Positions 9,994-23,924 of a DNA stretch of 64,000 nucleotides are shown in pieces. The notes under the pieces were generated by a model, which was not told the DNA's origin, made no database searches, and saw nothing but the letters and a program-made list of their open reading frames with translations. A program made the translations under genes and the position numbers. The stretch is from positions 23,619-87,618 of the forward strand of contig CAWHIZ010000036.1 of NCBI GenBank assembly GCA_963829405.1, in the 5' to 3' direction. The number at the start of each line of letters is the position of its first letter. Position 1 is the first letter of the stretch. This stretch comes from an uncultured Actinomycetota bacterium (GTDB lineage: Bacteria; Actinomycetota; Actinomycetes; Mycobacteriales; Mycobacteriaceae).

Positions 9994-12845
9994 CGCGGCG
10001 TGCTCCTTCTGGATCGACGAGAACGGAGCCGGTGACCTCGACGGGCACCAGCGTGCCGTCCACCGGTACGTGCAAGGTGTCTCCGATGCGGGCGTGGCCG
10101 CCCTTGACGAGCGCGAGCGCAAACGGGCGTCCCAGTTCCGCGCTGCGGTAGCTCGACGTGACGTGCCCGAGCATCGGCACCGGCGGGGGCGGTAGCTCTC
10201 CGTCGTCGATGTAGTCGATGATCTGGGCGCCCTCGGGAAGCACTGTGTCCGCGTCGGTGGGCAGCAGCCCGACGAACTGCTTGCGCAACGGATTCAGGTT
10301 CTCGCTTCGGGTGAACGAGCGCTTGCCGACGAAGTCGGGCTTCTTCTTCGACACCGCCCAACTCATGCCGAGATCCTGCGGGGTGTTCGTGCCGTCGGTG
10401 TCCTGCCCGATGATCGGGTAACCCTTCTCGGCGCGCAGCACGTGCATCGTCTCCGTGCCGTACGGGGTGATCCCGTAGCGCTCGCCCGCGGCGATGAGCC
10501 GCTCCCACAGCGCGGTCGCATACCAGCCCATCACGTTGACCTCGTATGCGAGCTCGCCCGAGAAGCTGACCCTGGCGACCCGCACGTGCACGCCGTCGAG
10601 AGTGGTGTCCCGCCACGCCATGAACGGGAACGCCTCGTTGCTGACGTCGATGTCGCCGAATACCGCGCCGACGACATCGCGCGACTTCGGGCCGACGACG
10701 GGGAAGGTGTGCCACTGCTCGGTGACGGACGTCAGCCGCACCCGAAGGTGAGGCCACTCGGTCTGCAGCCACTCCTCCATCCAGTCGAGGATCCGCGCGG
10801 CGCCACCGGTGGTGGTGAACGCCATGTACCTGTCGTCGGCCAACCGCATGACGGTGCCGTCGTCGATGACCATTCCGTCGACGCCGCACATCACGCCGTA
10901 GCGGACCATCCCGACCTTCAGCGTGCTCATCATGTTCGTGTAGAGCAGGTCGAGGAACGCGCCCGCGTCCGGGCCCTGTACGTCGATCTTGCCGAGCGTC
11001 GAACCGTCGAGTATGCCGACTCCGCCTCGGACGGCGGCACATTCGCGCAGTACCGCGGTCTCCATGTCCTCGCCCGGTAACGGGTAGTAGCGCGGACGCT
11101 TCCACATGCCGACGTCCTCGAACACCGCGCCGCGATCGACGTGCCAGTCGTGCACCGCGGTCACCCGCTCCGGGTCGAACATGTGGCCGCGGTCTCGCCC
11201 TGCGAGCGCGGCGAACGCCACCGGCGTGTAGGGCGGCCGGAACGTGGTGACGCCGAGGTCCTCCATCGGCGCACCGAGCAACTCGGACGTGATGCCCGAG
11301 GCGACGACGCCGGACGTCTTGCCTTGATCGTGGGCGGTCCCGATCGTCGTGTAGCGCTTGATGTGCTCCATCGAGCGCATGCCTGCGCCCACCGCGCGGA
11401 CCAGGTCGGCCACCGTGGCGTCGCGTTGCACGTCGACGAACTGGCGGGTCGCGGCATCCGCGTCGGGCACGTACCACAGCACGACGCCAGGGGCTTGTGC
11501 CGGAGCCGGATCAGCTCTCGCCCGCAACGGGTTCCGATTCGGCGGAGAAGCCGAGCGCGGTGATCGCGGATGCCGCCGCCTGCCGGCCGCTTCGCAGGCA
11601 TCCCGGTAGGTCGAACACGCCGTCGGCTGAGCCGGCGACGCTGACCGCTTCGAGTGGTTCGCCGGGGACGAACGCGCCGATGGCGTCGTCGTAGCGCAGC
11701 TTTCCGCGGGCCTGGCTGAACAGGTGCACCGCCGGATTCCAGCCACCGCTGACGAGCAGCACATCGCATGGGATGACGGCGGGGGCGGCGTCGTCACCGG
11801 GCCGGTCCACGATCGCGTGGGTGACACGTGCCTCGCCGCGTGTTCCGCTGACCACCGAACCCGGATGAATCGTGATGCCGCGCGCGGTGCACTCGTCTCG
11901 CAGATCCTGCCCGACGCGGGCGCGTGCATCGACGATCGCGTTGATCGTCACACCCGCATCGTGCAGGTCGAACGCCGCCGGGTACGCGCTGTCATTGGTG
12001 GTGAAGACGACGCCGTGCTCGCCGACCCGGACGCCGAAGCGGTGCAGGAACGTGCGCGCGCCGTTGGCGAGCATGATGCCTGGCCGGTCGTTGTCGGCGA
12101 ACACCACGGGCCTTTCGTGGGCGCCCGCCGCGACCACGATGTGCCGCGCGCGGATCCGCCACACCCGCTGCCTGCTGACGGCGGCGGGCGCTTCCGCACC
12201 GAGATGATCGGTACGGCGTTGCAGCGCAAGGACAAAGCCGTCGTCATAGTGACCGAACGCGGTGGTGCGTTGGAGATGAAGCACATCGGGGTGGCTGGCG
12301 AGCTCGGCGACGGCGTCGGCCACCCAGTCCATCGCGGGCCTGCCGTCGATCAGGTCGGTGGTGCCAAGCAGTGCGCCGCCCGCTTCGTTCTGTTCGTCGA
12401 TCAGCACGACCCGCGCCCCGGCGCGTGCCGCCGTCAACGCGGCGGCCAGCCCGGCCGGGCCCGCGCCGGCGACAAGCACATCGGTGTGCACGTGGGTGCG
12501 GTCGTACTTCGCGGTGTCGGCTATCTCTGCCAACCGGCCCTGACCCGGAATGCCCCGCGCGACAAGGCCGTCGAACAGCTCGACGGTGGTCGCCAGCAGC
12601 ATCGGCTCTGGAAACGGATGCTCGATCTGGACGAGACCGCCGGTGTCCTCGGCCCACGCGGCGGTGAAGCCGCGCGGGCGGCCGAGCTTGATGCTGGTGG
12701 TGACCTGGTGCACGCCGTTGGCGAGCAGCGCGGAGGCCAGCGTGTCGCCTGCGTGACCGGTGAGCTCACGGTCGTTGAAGGTGAATGTCAGCGTGGTGTC
12801 GCGCGCGACGCGGCCACCCTCGCTGGTGCGGAAAGGTGCGCTCAT
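9986..12845 (-). pseudogene. soxA: Sarcosine oxidase alpha subunit, one frame change
   Basis: N-terminal half ('MSAPFRTSEGGRV..', ATG 12845) is in ORF 11511..12935 and ends at a TGA at 11511. The GcvT-like C-terminal half ('..[23 protein letters not shown]..') is in ORF 9986..11929. The join is near 11520. Length is 3n+1. Confidence 0.9.
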
Positions 12846-13120
12846 CAGATCGTCGGCCTCTGCTCGTCCGGGCGGTACACCCGCTGGAATCGGTAGGTTG
12901 CGGTGTCGCGAACGGCGTTGAACCATCGGCGGCAACCGTGGCTGTGGGTCCAGCGTTCGGCGAAAAGACCTTTGGGGTTACTGCGGAAGAACACGTAGTG
13001 CGCCCACTGCTCATCGGTCAGCGCCTGCGGGTCCTCGGGGTAGGCGACGTGCGCCTGGCCGCCGTAGTGGAACTCGGTTTCCTCACGCGGCCCGCACCAC
13101 GGGCATTCGATGAGCTGCAT
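12845..13120 (-). CDS. soxD: Sarcosine oxidase delta subunit
   Basis: Intact 91-aa ORF 'MQLIECPWCGPREETEFHYGG...' with the Cys-rich Zn-binding pattern. Located between soxB and soxA. Confidence 0.9.
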   Translation of the reverse strand: MQLIECPWCGPREETEFHYGGQAHVAYPEDPQALTDEQWAHYVFFRSNPKGLFAERWTHSHGCRRWFNAVRDTATYRFQRVYRPDEQRPTI

Positions 13121-13148
13121 GCGTTGGCTCCTGTACTCGTGAAGGCTG

Positions 13149-14384
13149 TTAGTGCGCGACGCCCGCGGCGCCGTGTTCGTCGACCAGCGCGCCGGTGACG
13201 AACCGGTCGATGGTGAACGGAGCGATGTAGGGGTGTGGCTCGTCGTTGGCGATCGTGTCGGCCAGACACCACCCGATTCCGGGTGTCGCCTTGAAACCGC
13301 CTGTGCCCCAACCGGCGTTCAGGTACAGGTTCTCGTACGGCGTACGCCCGACGATGGGGGAGGCGTCAGGGCAGACGTCGACGATTCCGGCCCAGCTGCG
13401 CAGCAGGTGAGCGCGGGCGAAGATGGGGAACAGCTCGACGGCGGCAGCCATCTGGCGCTCGATGATGTGGAAGGCGCCGCGCTGCCCGTACCCGTTGTAG
13501 GAGTCGACGCCCGCACCCATCACCAACTCGCCCTTGTGCGCCTGAGATACGTACACGTGCACGGCGTTCGACATCACGATCGTCGGGTGGACCGGCTCGA
13601 GGAGTTCGGAGACCAGCGCCTGAAGGGGATGGCTCTGCAGGGGCGTGCGGATACCGAGCATGTCGGTGAGCGTCGACGTGTGTCCGGCCGCGCACAGCGC
13701 GACGCGGCCCGCGCCGATGGTGCCTTGGGTCGTGCGCACTCCGGTCACCCTGTCGCCGTCGGTGTCGAACCCGATGACCTCGCAGTTCTGGATGATGTCG
13801 ATGCCTGCCTCATCGGCCCTGCGCGCGAACCCCCATGCGACGTAGTCGTGTTTGGCGATCCCCGCACGCGGCTGATACGTCGCACCGAGTACCGGGTAGC
13901 GAATGTCGTTGGAAATGTTGACGATCGGGCACAGCTTCTTCACCTCGTCGGGATCGACCCACTGTGCGTCGATACCGTTGAGCTTGTTGGCCTCGACCCG
14001 CCGCACGCTGTCGCGAACGTCCTGCAGGCTGTGCGCGAGGTTCAGCACCCCGCGCTGGCTGAACAGAATCGGATAGCCGAGATCCTCTTCGAGGCCCTCC
14101 CAGAGCTTGAGTGCGTGCTCGTAGATGCGGGTGCTCTCGTCCCACAGATAGTTCGACCGGATCAGGGTGGTGTTGCGGGCCATGTTGCCGCCGGCCAGCC
14201 AGCCGCGCTCGAGCACCGCGACGTCGGTGATGCCGTGGTTGCGGGCCAGATAGTGCGCGGTCGCAAGGCCGTGCCCACCGCCGCCGACGATGACGACGTC
14301 GTACGACTTCTTCGGTTCCGGGGTACGCCAGAGGAATTCGGGATGATCGGGCAGGTGCGCACCGGGAGGCGTTGGTGGGGTCAC
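13149..14384 (-). CDS. soxB: Sarcosine oxidase beta subunit
   Basis: Intact 411-aa ORF. Dinucleotide motif '[15 protein letters not shown]'. Family-typical sequence throughout. Lies in soxBDAG gene order. Confidence 0.9.
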   Translation of the reverse strand: MTPPTPPGAHLPDHPEFLWRTPEPKKSYDVVIVGGGGHGLATAHYLARNHGITDVAVLERGWLAGGNMARNTTLIRSNYLWDESTRIYEHALKLWEGLEEDLGYPILFSQRGVLNLAHSLQDVRDSVRRVEANKLNGIDAQWVDPDEVKKLCPIVNISNDIRYPVLGATYQPRAGIAKHDYVAWGFARRADEAGIDIIQNCEVIGFDTDGDRVTGVRTTQGTIGAGRVALCAAGHTSTLTDMLGIRTPLQSHPLQALVSELLEPVHPTIVMSNAVHVYVSQAHKGELVMGAGVDSYNGYGQRGAFHIIERQMAAAVELFPIFARAHLLRSWAGIVDVCPDASPIVGRTPYENLYLNAGWGTGGFKATPGIGWCLADTIANDEPHPYIAPFTIDRFVTGALVDEHGAAGVAH

Positions 14385-14386
14385 AG

Positions 14387-15709
14387 CTAGGCCTCCATCA
14401 GGTTCGGGTAGAGCGGGAACCGCTGCGAAAGGACGTCGACTCGAGCGCGCAGGGCGTCGAGGTCGGTGTCGTCGGCGCCGGGCCGCAGCGCGAGGCTGAT
14501 GATGTCGGCGACCTCGCCGAACGCGTCGAGATCGAATCCGCGCGTCGCCAACGCCGCGGTGCCGATGCGCACACCCGAGCTGACCATCGGCGGCCGGGGG
14601 TCGAACGGGACAGTGTTGCGGTTCACCGTGATTCCGACCCGATGCAGGCGGTCTTCGGCCTGCTGGCCGTCGAGTTCGGATTCGCGGAGGTCGACAAGCA
14701 CCAGGTGGACGTCGGTGCCACCGGATACCACGTTGATGCCCGCCTCGCGTGAATCCTCTTGCAGGAGGCGCTCGGCGAGGATCTTCGACCCGTCGAGGGT
14801 GCGCTGCTGGCGCTCACGGAACTCCGGCCCTGCGGCGAGTTTGAACGACACCGCCTTGGCGGCTATGACGTGCTCGAGCGGACCGCCCTGCTGGCCGGGG
14901 AAGACCGACGAGTTGATCTTCTTGGCCAGTGCCGCGTCGTTGGTCAGGATGATCCCGCCGCGCGGGCCGCCGAGGGTTTTGTGCGTGGTGGAGGTGACCA
15001 CGTGAGCGTGGGGGACAGGCGATGGATGCAGACCCGCGGCGACCAGACCCGCGAAGTGCGCCATGTCGACCATCAGATAGGCACCGACTTCGTCTGCGAT
15101 GCGGCGGAATTCGGCGAAGTCGAGCTGCCGCGGATATGCCGACCAGCCGGCCACGATCAGCTTGGGTTTGCGTTCGTGGGCAAGGCGCTCGACCTCGGCC
15201 ATGTCGACCAGGTGGTCGTGCTCGGTCACGTGGTAGGCGGCGACGTCGTACAGCTTGCCGGAGAAGTTCAGCTTCATCCCATGGGTGAGATGGCCGCCGT
15301 GCGGCAGGGCAAGTCCGAGGATGGTGTCGCCGGGTGCCAGCAGTGCGGCCATCACCGCCGCGTTGGCCTGGGCGCCCGAGTGTGGCTGCACATTGGCGAA
15401 GTCCGCGCCGAACAGGCTCTTGAGCCGGTCGATGGCGAGTTGCTCGGTCACGTCGACGTGTTCGCAGCCGCCGTAGTACCGCTTGCCGGGATAGCCCTCG
15501 GCGTACTTGTTGGTCAGCACCGAACCTTGCGCCTGCATCACCGCCAGCGGCGCGAAGTTCTCACTGGCGATCATCTCGAGGGTGCTCTGCTGACGGATCA
15601 ACTCATCGGCGATCGCGCGGTGAACTTCTGGATCCAGCGACGCGAGGCTCTCGCTCAAGATCGGGTTGGCGGCCCCCGCGGTGGCCAGTTCTGCGGTGTC
15701 GAGACTCAT
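14387..15709 (-). CDS. glyA: Serine hydroxymethyltransferase
   Basis: Intact 440-aa ORF with the PLP-lysine motif '[12 protein letters not shown]'. Lies directly upstream of soxB on the same strand. Confidence 0.95.
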   Translation of the reverse strand: MSLDTAELATAGAANPILSESLASLDPEVHRAIADELIRQQSTLEMIASENFAPLAVMQAQGSVLTNKYAEGYPGKRYYGGCEHVDVTEQLAIDRLKSLFGADFANVQPHSGAQANAAVMAALLAPGDTILGLALPHGGHLTHGMKLNFSGKLYDVAAYHVTEHDHLVDMAEVERLAHERKPKLIVAGWSAYPRQLDFAEFRRIADEVGAYLMVDMAHFAGLVAAGLHPSPVPHAHVVTSTTHKTLGGPRGGIILTNDAALAKKINSSVFPGQQGGPLEHVIAAKAVSFKLAAGPEFRERQQRTLDGSKILAERLLQEDSREAGINVVSGGTDVHLVLVDLRESELDGQQAEDRLHRVGITVNRNTVPFDPRPPMVSSGVRIGTAALATRGFDLDAFGEVADIISLALRPGADDTDLDALRARVDVLSQRFPLYPNLMEA

Positions 15710-15742
15710 GGTCGCCTTTCTGACATTGCAGCTGATACTTCA

Positions 15743-15754
15743 CTAATATATCAA
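15743..15754. promoter_or_regulatory. Operator-like palindrome copy 4 (CTAATATATCAA)
   Basis: Lies in the glyA (start 15709) / GntR paralog-2 (start 15817) divergent region. A weaker abutting copy, CTGATACTTCAC, is at 15732-15743. Confidence 0.5.
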
Positions 15755-15816
15755 CTGTGGGATAGACTAGGATCAGATCGCGACCACGTCAATAGGCCGG
15801 TCAGCATGAGAAAGGG

Positions 15817-16494
15817 GTGGCGATGACCCTGTCGGAGTTGTCCTTCGTTGACGCCGAAGCCGGCGCAGAGACCAACGCGGACCGCGCCTACGAAACGGTG
15901 CGCGAGCGCCTGGTCATGCTCGACATCCGGCCCGGCGAGCCGATCAACGACGACCATCTCGCTGCCGAGCTGGGCCTGGGCCGCACACCCGTGCGTGAGG
16001 CACTCAAGCGCCTCGAGCGCGATCGACTGGTGATCGCCTACCCGCGTCGCGGCACCTTCGCGACAGCAGTTGACATGACCGATCTCGCCGACATCTCCGA
16101 GATCCGCAAGCAGTTGGAACCGGTCGCGGCCGCCCGTGCCGCCCGAACGGCGACGGCCGAAGCCAGGGCGCGCTTGACCAAGCTGGCCGAGGGGATCGCC
16201 GGGATCGACGACACCGACGATCCCCGCGACGTGTTGCGACACGACGTACACGTCCATCGCGAGATCTACCGCGCCTCGGGTAATCCGCACCTGGAGACGA
16301 TCCTCGTCGGCCTCGACGCGCACGCGACCCGGATCTGGTGTCTGTTCCTCGACCGACTGCCCGACGTCGCGAGCCATGTCCGCGAGCACATCGGACTGTT
16401 GGAGGCGATCGTCGCGGGCGACGAAGAGTCCGCGGCCGCGCTGACGCTGTCGCACGTCATCGGATTCGAGCAGGCGATTCGGGCGTTGCTGTAG
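15817..16494 (+). CDS. GntR-family transcriptional regulator (FadR/FCD subfamily), paralog 2
   Basis: Intact ORF (GTG 15817 or ATG 15823). Contains 'DDHLAAELGLGRTPVREALKRLERDRLV'. Clearly paralogous to the next gene. Confidence 0.85.
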   Translation: MAMTLSELSFVDAEAGAETNADRAYETVRERLVMLDIRPGEPINDDHLAAELGLGRTPVREALKRLERDRLVIAYPRRGTFATAVDMTDLADISEIRKQLEPVAAARAARTATAEARARLTKLAEGIAGIDDTDDPRDVLRHDVHVHREIYRASGNPHLETILVGLDAHATRIWCLFLDRLPDVASHVREHIGLLEAIVAGDEESAAALTLSHVIGFEQAIRALL

Positions 16495-16510
16495 GTCCAC
16501 CCCGCGCACA

Positions 16511-16522
16511 CTGATATATCAT
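16511..16522. promoter_or_regulatory. Operator-like palindrome copy 5 (CTGATATATCAT; perfect 10-bp core TGATATATCA at 16512-16521)
   Basis: Lies between the GntR paralog-2 stop (16494) and the paralog-3 start. Confidence 0.55.
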
Positions 16523-16597
16523 CGTCGCACCAGGGGAAGGATGCGTGCGGTGACGGTTGTCGGTGTTGAATCGCTCGGCGAAGTGGATCTCGGTGCG

Positions 16598-17228
16598 ATG
16601 TCGTTCGCGGACCAGGCGTATCTCGTCATCCAGGACAAGCTGATCATGCTGGACATCCGGCGCAGGCGAGGCGATCGTCGAAAGCGAATTGGCCGCCGGG
16701 CTCAAACTCGGCCGTACGCCGGTGCGCGAGGCCCTCAAGAGGTTGGAGGCCGACCGGCTTGTGGTCTCCTTCCCGCGTCGAGGGACCTTTGCCACCGGGG
16801 TCGACGTGGCCGATCTGCGGCATATCTCCCAGATCCGCGTGAACCTCGAACCGGTGGCGGCCAGGGCGGCCGCAGACAATGCGTCGCCCGCTGTCCGCGC
16901 CCATCTGCTCGAGCTGGCCGACCGCACCGACGCACTGGAAATCGAGACCATCGATCGCCATGAGCTGATGCGGTGGGACCTGCGGGTGCACCGCGCCATT
17001 TACCGCGCGACCGGCAATCCCCATCTCGAGGACGTACTGATTCGGTACGACAACCTCGCGACCCGGATCTTCTGCCTGTTCCTCGACCGGCTTCCCACGG
17101 TCGCGCAGCATGTCGGTGAGCACACCGAGCTGCTGCGGACCATCGCCAACGGTGACGGTGATGCCGCAGCGGCGATCGCGCTGGAACACGTCACGGGGTT
17201 CGAGGAAGCCGTCCGCGCGATCGTCTGA
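16598..17228 (+). pseudogene. GntR-family regulator, paralog 3 (tandem duplicate), one frame change
   Basis: N-terminus 'MSFADQAYLVIQDKLIMLDIR' is in ORF 16541..16963. The remainder '..AAGLKLGRTPVREALKRLEADRLV..' is in ORF 16689..17228. The switch is at about 16661-16665. Length is 3n+1. The start could also be ATG 16541. Confidence 0.75.
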
Positions 17229-17238
17229 CCAACCAGGG

Positions 17239-18086
17239 TCAGCTGAAGACCACGGTCCGATGACCGTGCAGCAGTACCCGGTTCTCGCAATGCCATCGCA
17301 CCGCGCGGGACAATGCGAGCGCCTCGGCGTCCTGGCCGACCGTCGCGAGACGGGCGGGGTTGTGCGAGTGGTCGATTCGGATCACCTCCTGCTCGATGAT
17401 CGGCCCCTCGTCGAGGTCGGGGGTGACGTAGTGTGCCGTCGCGCCGACCAGCTTGACGCCGCGGTCGTGCGCCTGGTGATACGGCTTGGCGCCCTTGAAC
17501 CCTGGCAGGAACGAGTGGTGGATGTTGATCGCTCGGCCCTTCAGCGCGGTGCACGTCTCGTCGGAGAGCACCTGCATGTAGCGGGCGAGGACCACCACGT
17601 CGGCGTCGAGGTCGTCGACGAGCGCCAGCAACCGAGCCTCGGCCTCCGGCTTCGTGGTGGGCGTCACGGGGATGTACACGAACGGCAGGCCTGCCGCCTC
17701 GGCCATCGGTTGCAGCACTTCGTGGTTGGACACCACCGCGACCAGCTCGCCGCCCAGAGTGCCTGCCCGCCAACGGAAGATCAGGTCGTTGAGGCAGTGC
17801 CCCATCTTCGAGACCATCACGATGACCCGCGGCTGCTCGGTTCCGTTGAAGCGGAACGTCATCCCGAATCCAGCTGCGACAGAGGAGAACTGCTCGGTCA
17901 GCGCGGCGATATCGACAGAGTCGTCCAGGCAGACGAACGTGGTGCGCAGGAAGAAGGACTGGCTGGCGACGTCGTCGAACTGCTGGTGCTCGGCGATGTC
18001 GTAGCGGCGCGAGAAGAGAAACGAGCTGACGGCGTGCACGATGCCGGGACGCTGCTGGCAGCTCAGCGTCAACGTGAAGGTCTGGG

Positions 18087-18090
<4 letters not shown>
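17239..18090 (-). CDS. purU: Formyltetrahydrofolate deformylase
   Basis: Intact 283-aa ORF. ACT-like N-terminus plus a formyltransferase core with 'NIHHSFLPGFKGAKPYHQA'. Confidence 0.9.
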
Positions 18091-20622
<2,532 letters not shown>

Positions 20623-20724
20623 TCAACCCGCAAGTGCGTATTGCGCAACCTGTTCCTCGTAGAGCAACGCGCCCGCGCGGGGTAGGTCACAGAGAAGCCG
20701 AGCTACCTGGGTAGGGTCGCGCCT

Positions 20725-21507
20725 GTGAGCAACGGGAGCTCCGACGCAGGCGGCGGGGGTGTGCAGTCGGTTGACCGCGCGGTTTCCGTCCTGGAGATCC
20801 TCGCTCGCCTCGGTGAAGCCGGGGTGACAGACCTCGCGACCGACATCGGCGTTCACAAGTCCACGGTGTCGCGTCTGCTCACCGCGCTCGAGGAGCACGA
20901 GCTGGTCGAGCAGGCGCATGAGCGGGGCAAATACCGGCTCGGGTTCGGCATCCTCCGGCTGGCCAATGCGGTGTCCGGACAGCTCGACATCACCCAGCAG
21001 GGCCGCGAGATCTGTGAGCGGCTTGCCGTCGAGGTGGGCGAGACGGTCAACATCGCGGTGCTGCGATCGCATTATGTGGTCAACGTCGACCAGGCTCGGG
21101 GGCCGACGTCGGTCGGCAGCCACAACTGGGTCGGTGAGCTCACGCCTCTTCATGCGACGTCCAGCGGCAAGATCCTGCTGGCGTTCATGTCGGCGCAGGC
21201 GCGACGGGAACTGTTGAAGGAGCCCGGCCTTGCCCGCTACACCGAGCACACCATCACCTCGCTCGACGATCTCGACCGTCAGCTCATCTCGGTCGCGAGC
21301 GACGGCTACGTCATCTCGACCGAGGAACTGGAACATGGACTGACCGCGGTCGCGGCTCCGATTCGCGATCACACGGGCATGGTCATCGCCGCGCTCAGTG
21401 TCTCCGGCCCCGTCTATCGGCTGACCGAAGAGCGCGCCAGCCAGATCGCACCCGCAGTGGTGGCTGCGGCCGCGTCCGTCTCCGAACGCATGGGCTATCA
21501 GGGCTGA
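20725..21507 (+). CDS. IclR-family transcriptional regulator
   Basis: Intact 260-aa ORF with a GTG start. N-terminal wHTH 'VQSVDRAVSVLEILARLGEAGVTDLATDIGVHKSTVSRLL' plus an IclR effector domain. Confidence 0.85.
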   Translation: MSNGSSDAGGGGVQSVDRAVSVLEILARLGEAGVTDLATDIGVHKSTVSRLLTALEEHELVEQAHERGKYRLGFGILRLANAVSGQLDITQQGREICERLAVEVGETVNIAVLRSHYVVNVDQARGPTSVGSHNWVGELTPLHATSSGKILLAFMSAQARRELLKEPGLARYTEHTITSLDDLDRQLISVASDGYVISTEELEHGLTAVAAPIRDHTGMVIAALSVSGPVYRLTEERASQIAPAVVAAAASVSERMGYQG

Positions 21508-21616
21508 CTGCACGCGCAACTGCGAATCGGGCGCGCTTTGCGACGCTGGCGGTGGAGTAGCGCGCCGGATTCTGAAAAAACTTCAGTCGAACGCTGGTGT
21601 ATCACTGCGCCGCACT

Positions 21617-21628
21617 CTAATATATCAG
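21617..21628. promoter_or_regulatory. Operator-like palindrome copy 7 (CTAATATATCAG)
   Basis: Lies between the IclR stop (21507) and the BCCT transporter start. One mismatch to CTGATATATCAG. Confidence 0.55.
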
Positions 21629-21679
21629 CGATGGTGTGGCCCTCGTCACACCTGCTTGTATCAGCCTCAGGAGTTCTAT

Positions 21680-23353
21680 GTGACTGCCCAACAGGACCAC
21701 CCGCTCGATGTCGACGATCTCAAAGCCAAGCTTCACCACACCTTCCCCGGTCCAGGCGCACCGGTTCCGCCGGGCCATGACACCGAGGTACCGCTGTGTC
21801 AGCGGCCACCGATCACCGACAAGGTGGTCTTCGGCGTCACCGCGGTGTTCGTCCTCGCCATCCTCTGTTGGGGCCTGATCTGGCCGACCCCGTTCGGTTC
21901 GACGATGTCGTCGATCCTGAATTGGGTGGTGAGCAACATGGGGTGGCTGTTCATCGTCTCGGCCACCTGTTTCGTGTTGTTCGCGGCATGGCTCGCGCTG
22001 AGTCGCTACGGCAGGATCCCGCTCGGCCAGGACGGCGAGAAACCCGAGTTCAACACCGTCAGCTGGGTCGCGATGATGTTCAGCGCAGGCATGGGCATCG
22101 GTCTGATCTTCTGGGGCGTCACCGAACCGCTGACGCATTTCGTCAACCCGCCACCAGGGCTCGCTGATTCGAAGGCGGGCACCGCGCTCGCGACGGCGCT
22201 GTTCCACTGGGGCTTTCACCCGTGGTCGATGTATGCGGTCGTCGGCTTGTCGATCGCCTATGGCAGCTACCGGATGGGGCGGCGGCAGCTGATCAGTGCC
22301 TCGTTCATCCCGCTGCTCGGCCGGAAGCGGGTCGAAGGCCCGATCGGAAAGACGATCGACATCCTCGCGATCTTCGCGACGATGTTCGGCACCGCAGCCT
22401 CGCTTGGCCTCGGCGCGCTGCAGATCGGGTCGGGCTTCGAGGTTCTCGGCTGGGTCGGCAAGGCGGGCACGCTGCTACTCGTGACAGTGGTCGCGCTGCT
22501 CACGCTCGCCTTCGTCGCTTCCGCGGTGTCCGGCGTATCGCGCGGCATCCAGTGGCTGTCCAACATCAACATGGTGCTCGCACTGGTGCTGGCGATCTTC
22601 GTGTTCGTCGTCGGGCCGACGGTGCTGATCCTGAACCTGCTGCCGACGGCGCTCGGTGACTACGCCGCCAACCTCGCGGCGATGTCGGCGCGGTCCGCCG
22701 AGGCGGGCGGCGACACCGAGAAATGGCTGTCGTCGTGGACGATCTTCTACTGGGCGTGGTGGATTTCGTGGACACCCTTCGTCGGCATGTTCCTGGCGCG
22801 CATCAGCCGGGGCCGCACCATCCGGCAGTTCGTCATCGGCGTGATCCTCATTCCGACGACAGTGAGCCTGCTGTGGTTCGTCATCTTCGGCGGTGCAGGC
22901 ATCGGCCAGCAGCGCGACGGCATCGACATCTTCGGCAGCGGCGAGCCCGAATCGACGTTGTTCGGGATGCTCGGCAATATGCCGCTGGCAGGTCTGTCGT
23001 CGCTGTTGGTGATGGCGCTCGTGGCGATCTTCTTCGTGTCCGGCGCCGACGCCGCGTCGATGGTGATGGGCACGCTGTCCCAGAGCGGCTCGGTCTATCC
23101 GTCGCGATGGGCGGTCGCGTTCTGGGGCTTGAGCACCGGTGCAGTGGCGGTGCTGATGCTGTGGGCCGGCGGGAACGACGCCCTCAACGGTCTGCAGACG
23201 ATGACGATCATCGTGGCCGCTCCGTTCGTGATCGTGATGATCGGCATGTGCGTCTCGCTGTTCCTGGACGTCACCCGCGATCCGATGATCGCTGACCTCC
23301 GCAAAACGGCGGTCGTCGAGGGGCAGGAAGTCAAGGAACCGGCACCTCAATAG
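21680..23353 (+). CDS. BCCT-family betaine/choline/carnitine transporter
   Basis: Intact ORF with the BCCT signature 'WTIFYWAWWISWTPFVGMFLARISRGRTIRQF'. GTG 21680 is preceded by AGGAG at 21668-21672. The ORF track's TTG at 21656 is an alternative start. Confidence 0.85.
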   Translation: MTAQQDHPLDVDDLKAKLHHTFPGPGAPVPPGHDTEVPLCQRPPITDKVVFGVTAVFVLAILCWGLIWPTPFGSTMSSILNWVVSNMGWLFIVSATCFVLFAAWLALSRYGRIPLGQDGEKPEFNTVSWVAMMFSAGMGIGLIFWGVTEPLTHFVNPPPGLADSKAGTALATALFHWGFHPWSMYAVVGLSIAYGSYRMGRRQLISASFIPLLGRKRVEGPIGKTIDILAIFATMFGTAASLGLGALQIGSGFEVLGWVGKAGTLLLVTVVALLTLAFVASAVSGVSRGIQWLSNINMVLALVLAIFVFVVGPTVLILNLLPTALGDYAANLAAMSARSAEAGGDTEKWLSSWTIFYWAWWISWTPFVGMFLARISRGRTIRQFVIGVILIPTTVSLLWFVIFGGAGIGQQRDGIDIFGSGEPESTLFGMLGNMPLAGLSSLLVMALVAIFFVSGADAASMVMGTLSQSGSVYPSRWAVAFWGLSTGAVAVLMLWAGGNDALNGLQTMTIIVAAPFVIVMIGMCVSLFLDVTRDPMIADLRKTAVVEGQEVKEPAPQ

Positions 23354-23366
23354 AGGCAGCACAAGC

Positions 23367-23405
23367 CACTGGTCGCCGCACGCTGAAAAGGTGCGGCGAC
23401 CAGTG
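23367..23405 (+). terminator. Stem-loop terminator candidate after the BCCT gene
   Basis: Perfect 15-bp inverted repeat: cactggtcgccgcac (23367-23381), 9-nt loop, gtgcggcgaccagtg (23391-23405). It is followed by 'ccgttt' and begins 14 nt after the stop codon. Confidence 0.6.
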
Positions 23406-23564
23406 CCGTTTGCTGTGCCGAGCGGCCCGGTAGGCGGTATGAAATTCCCAGGAAAAAGTGCCGCGTTTCCGCTTGACAAAGGTTTGTGACAGCCCACACA
23501 CTGTTGCGTATTACGAATCGTGTTTCTCTATACGCTTCATCTCCGCGAAACGAGGAGGCAACAA

Positions 23565-23924
23565 ATGCTTGAAGTCTGTCCTCTGTCTCAGTTGCCGCCG
23601 GGTGAAGCTCTTCGCGTCGACGCCGACCCGCCGATCGCCGTCTTCCACACCGAGGACGGCGAGGTGTTCGCCATCGACGACACCTGCTCGCATCAGGACG
23701 CTTCGTTGGCCGACGGCTGGGTCGAGGGATGCGAGGTGGAGTGCCCGCTGCACGCCTCCCGGTTCGATCTGCGCACCGGCGCCGTCGACGCCCCTCCCGC
23801 CAAGCTGCCGGTGCGCACGCATGCGGTCGTCGTCGAAGACGGCATGATCCGCGTCGCGCTGAGTGACGAGAAGCCCAACCTTCCGCCGGACATCCGCGCG
23901 CGCCTCGCGCAGGGACAGCCATGA
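23565..23924 (+). CDS. Rieske [2Fe-2S] ferredoxin component
   Basis: ATG 23565 follows GAGGAGG. Contains 'CSHQ...CPLH' Rieske ligands. Its stop overlaps the next ATG (ATGA at 23921). Confidence 0.8.
   Translation: MLEVCPLSQLPPGEALRVDADPPIAVFHTEDGEVFAIDDTCSHQDASLADGWVEGCEVECPLHASRFDLRTGAVDAPPAKLPVRTHAVVVEDGMIRVALSDEKPNLPPDIRARLAQGQP

Noticed and set aside
15710-15816. Searched for a folate/ZTP-type riboswitch in the glyA leader, and likewise upstream of purU and ppdK
   Set aside because: The leaders are short. I could not find the conserved ZTP/pfl or THF core sequences by eye. No covariance-model search was possible, so this is a weak negative.
23441-23564. Promoter/operator upstream of the Rieske ferredoxin gene (TTGACA at 23473, GTGACA-17 nt-TATTAC, small palindrome CGTAtTACG)
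   Set aside because: Several incompatible -35/-10 pairings are possible. The betaine-island palindrome is absent here. I did not consider any single call supportable.
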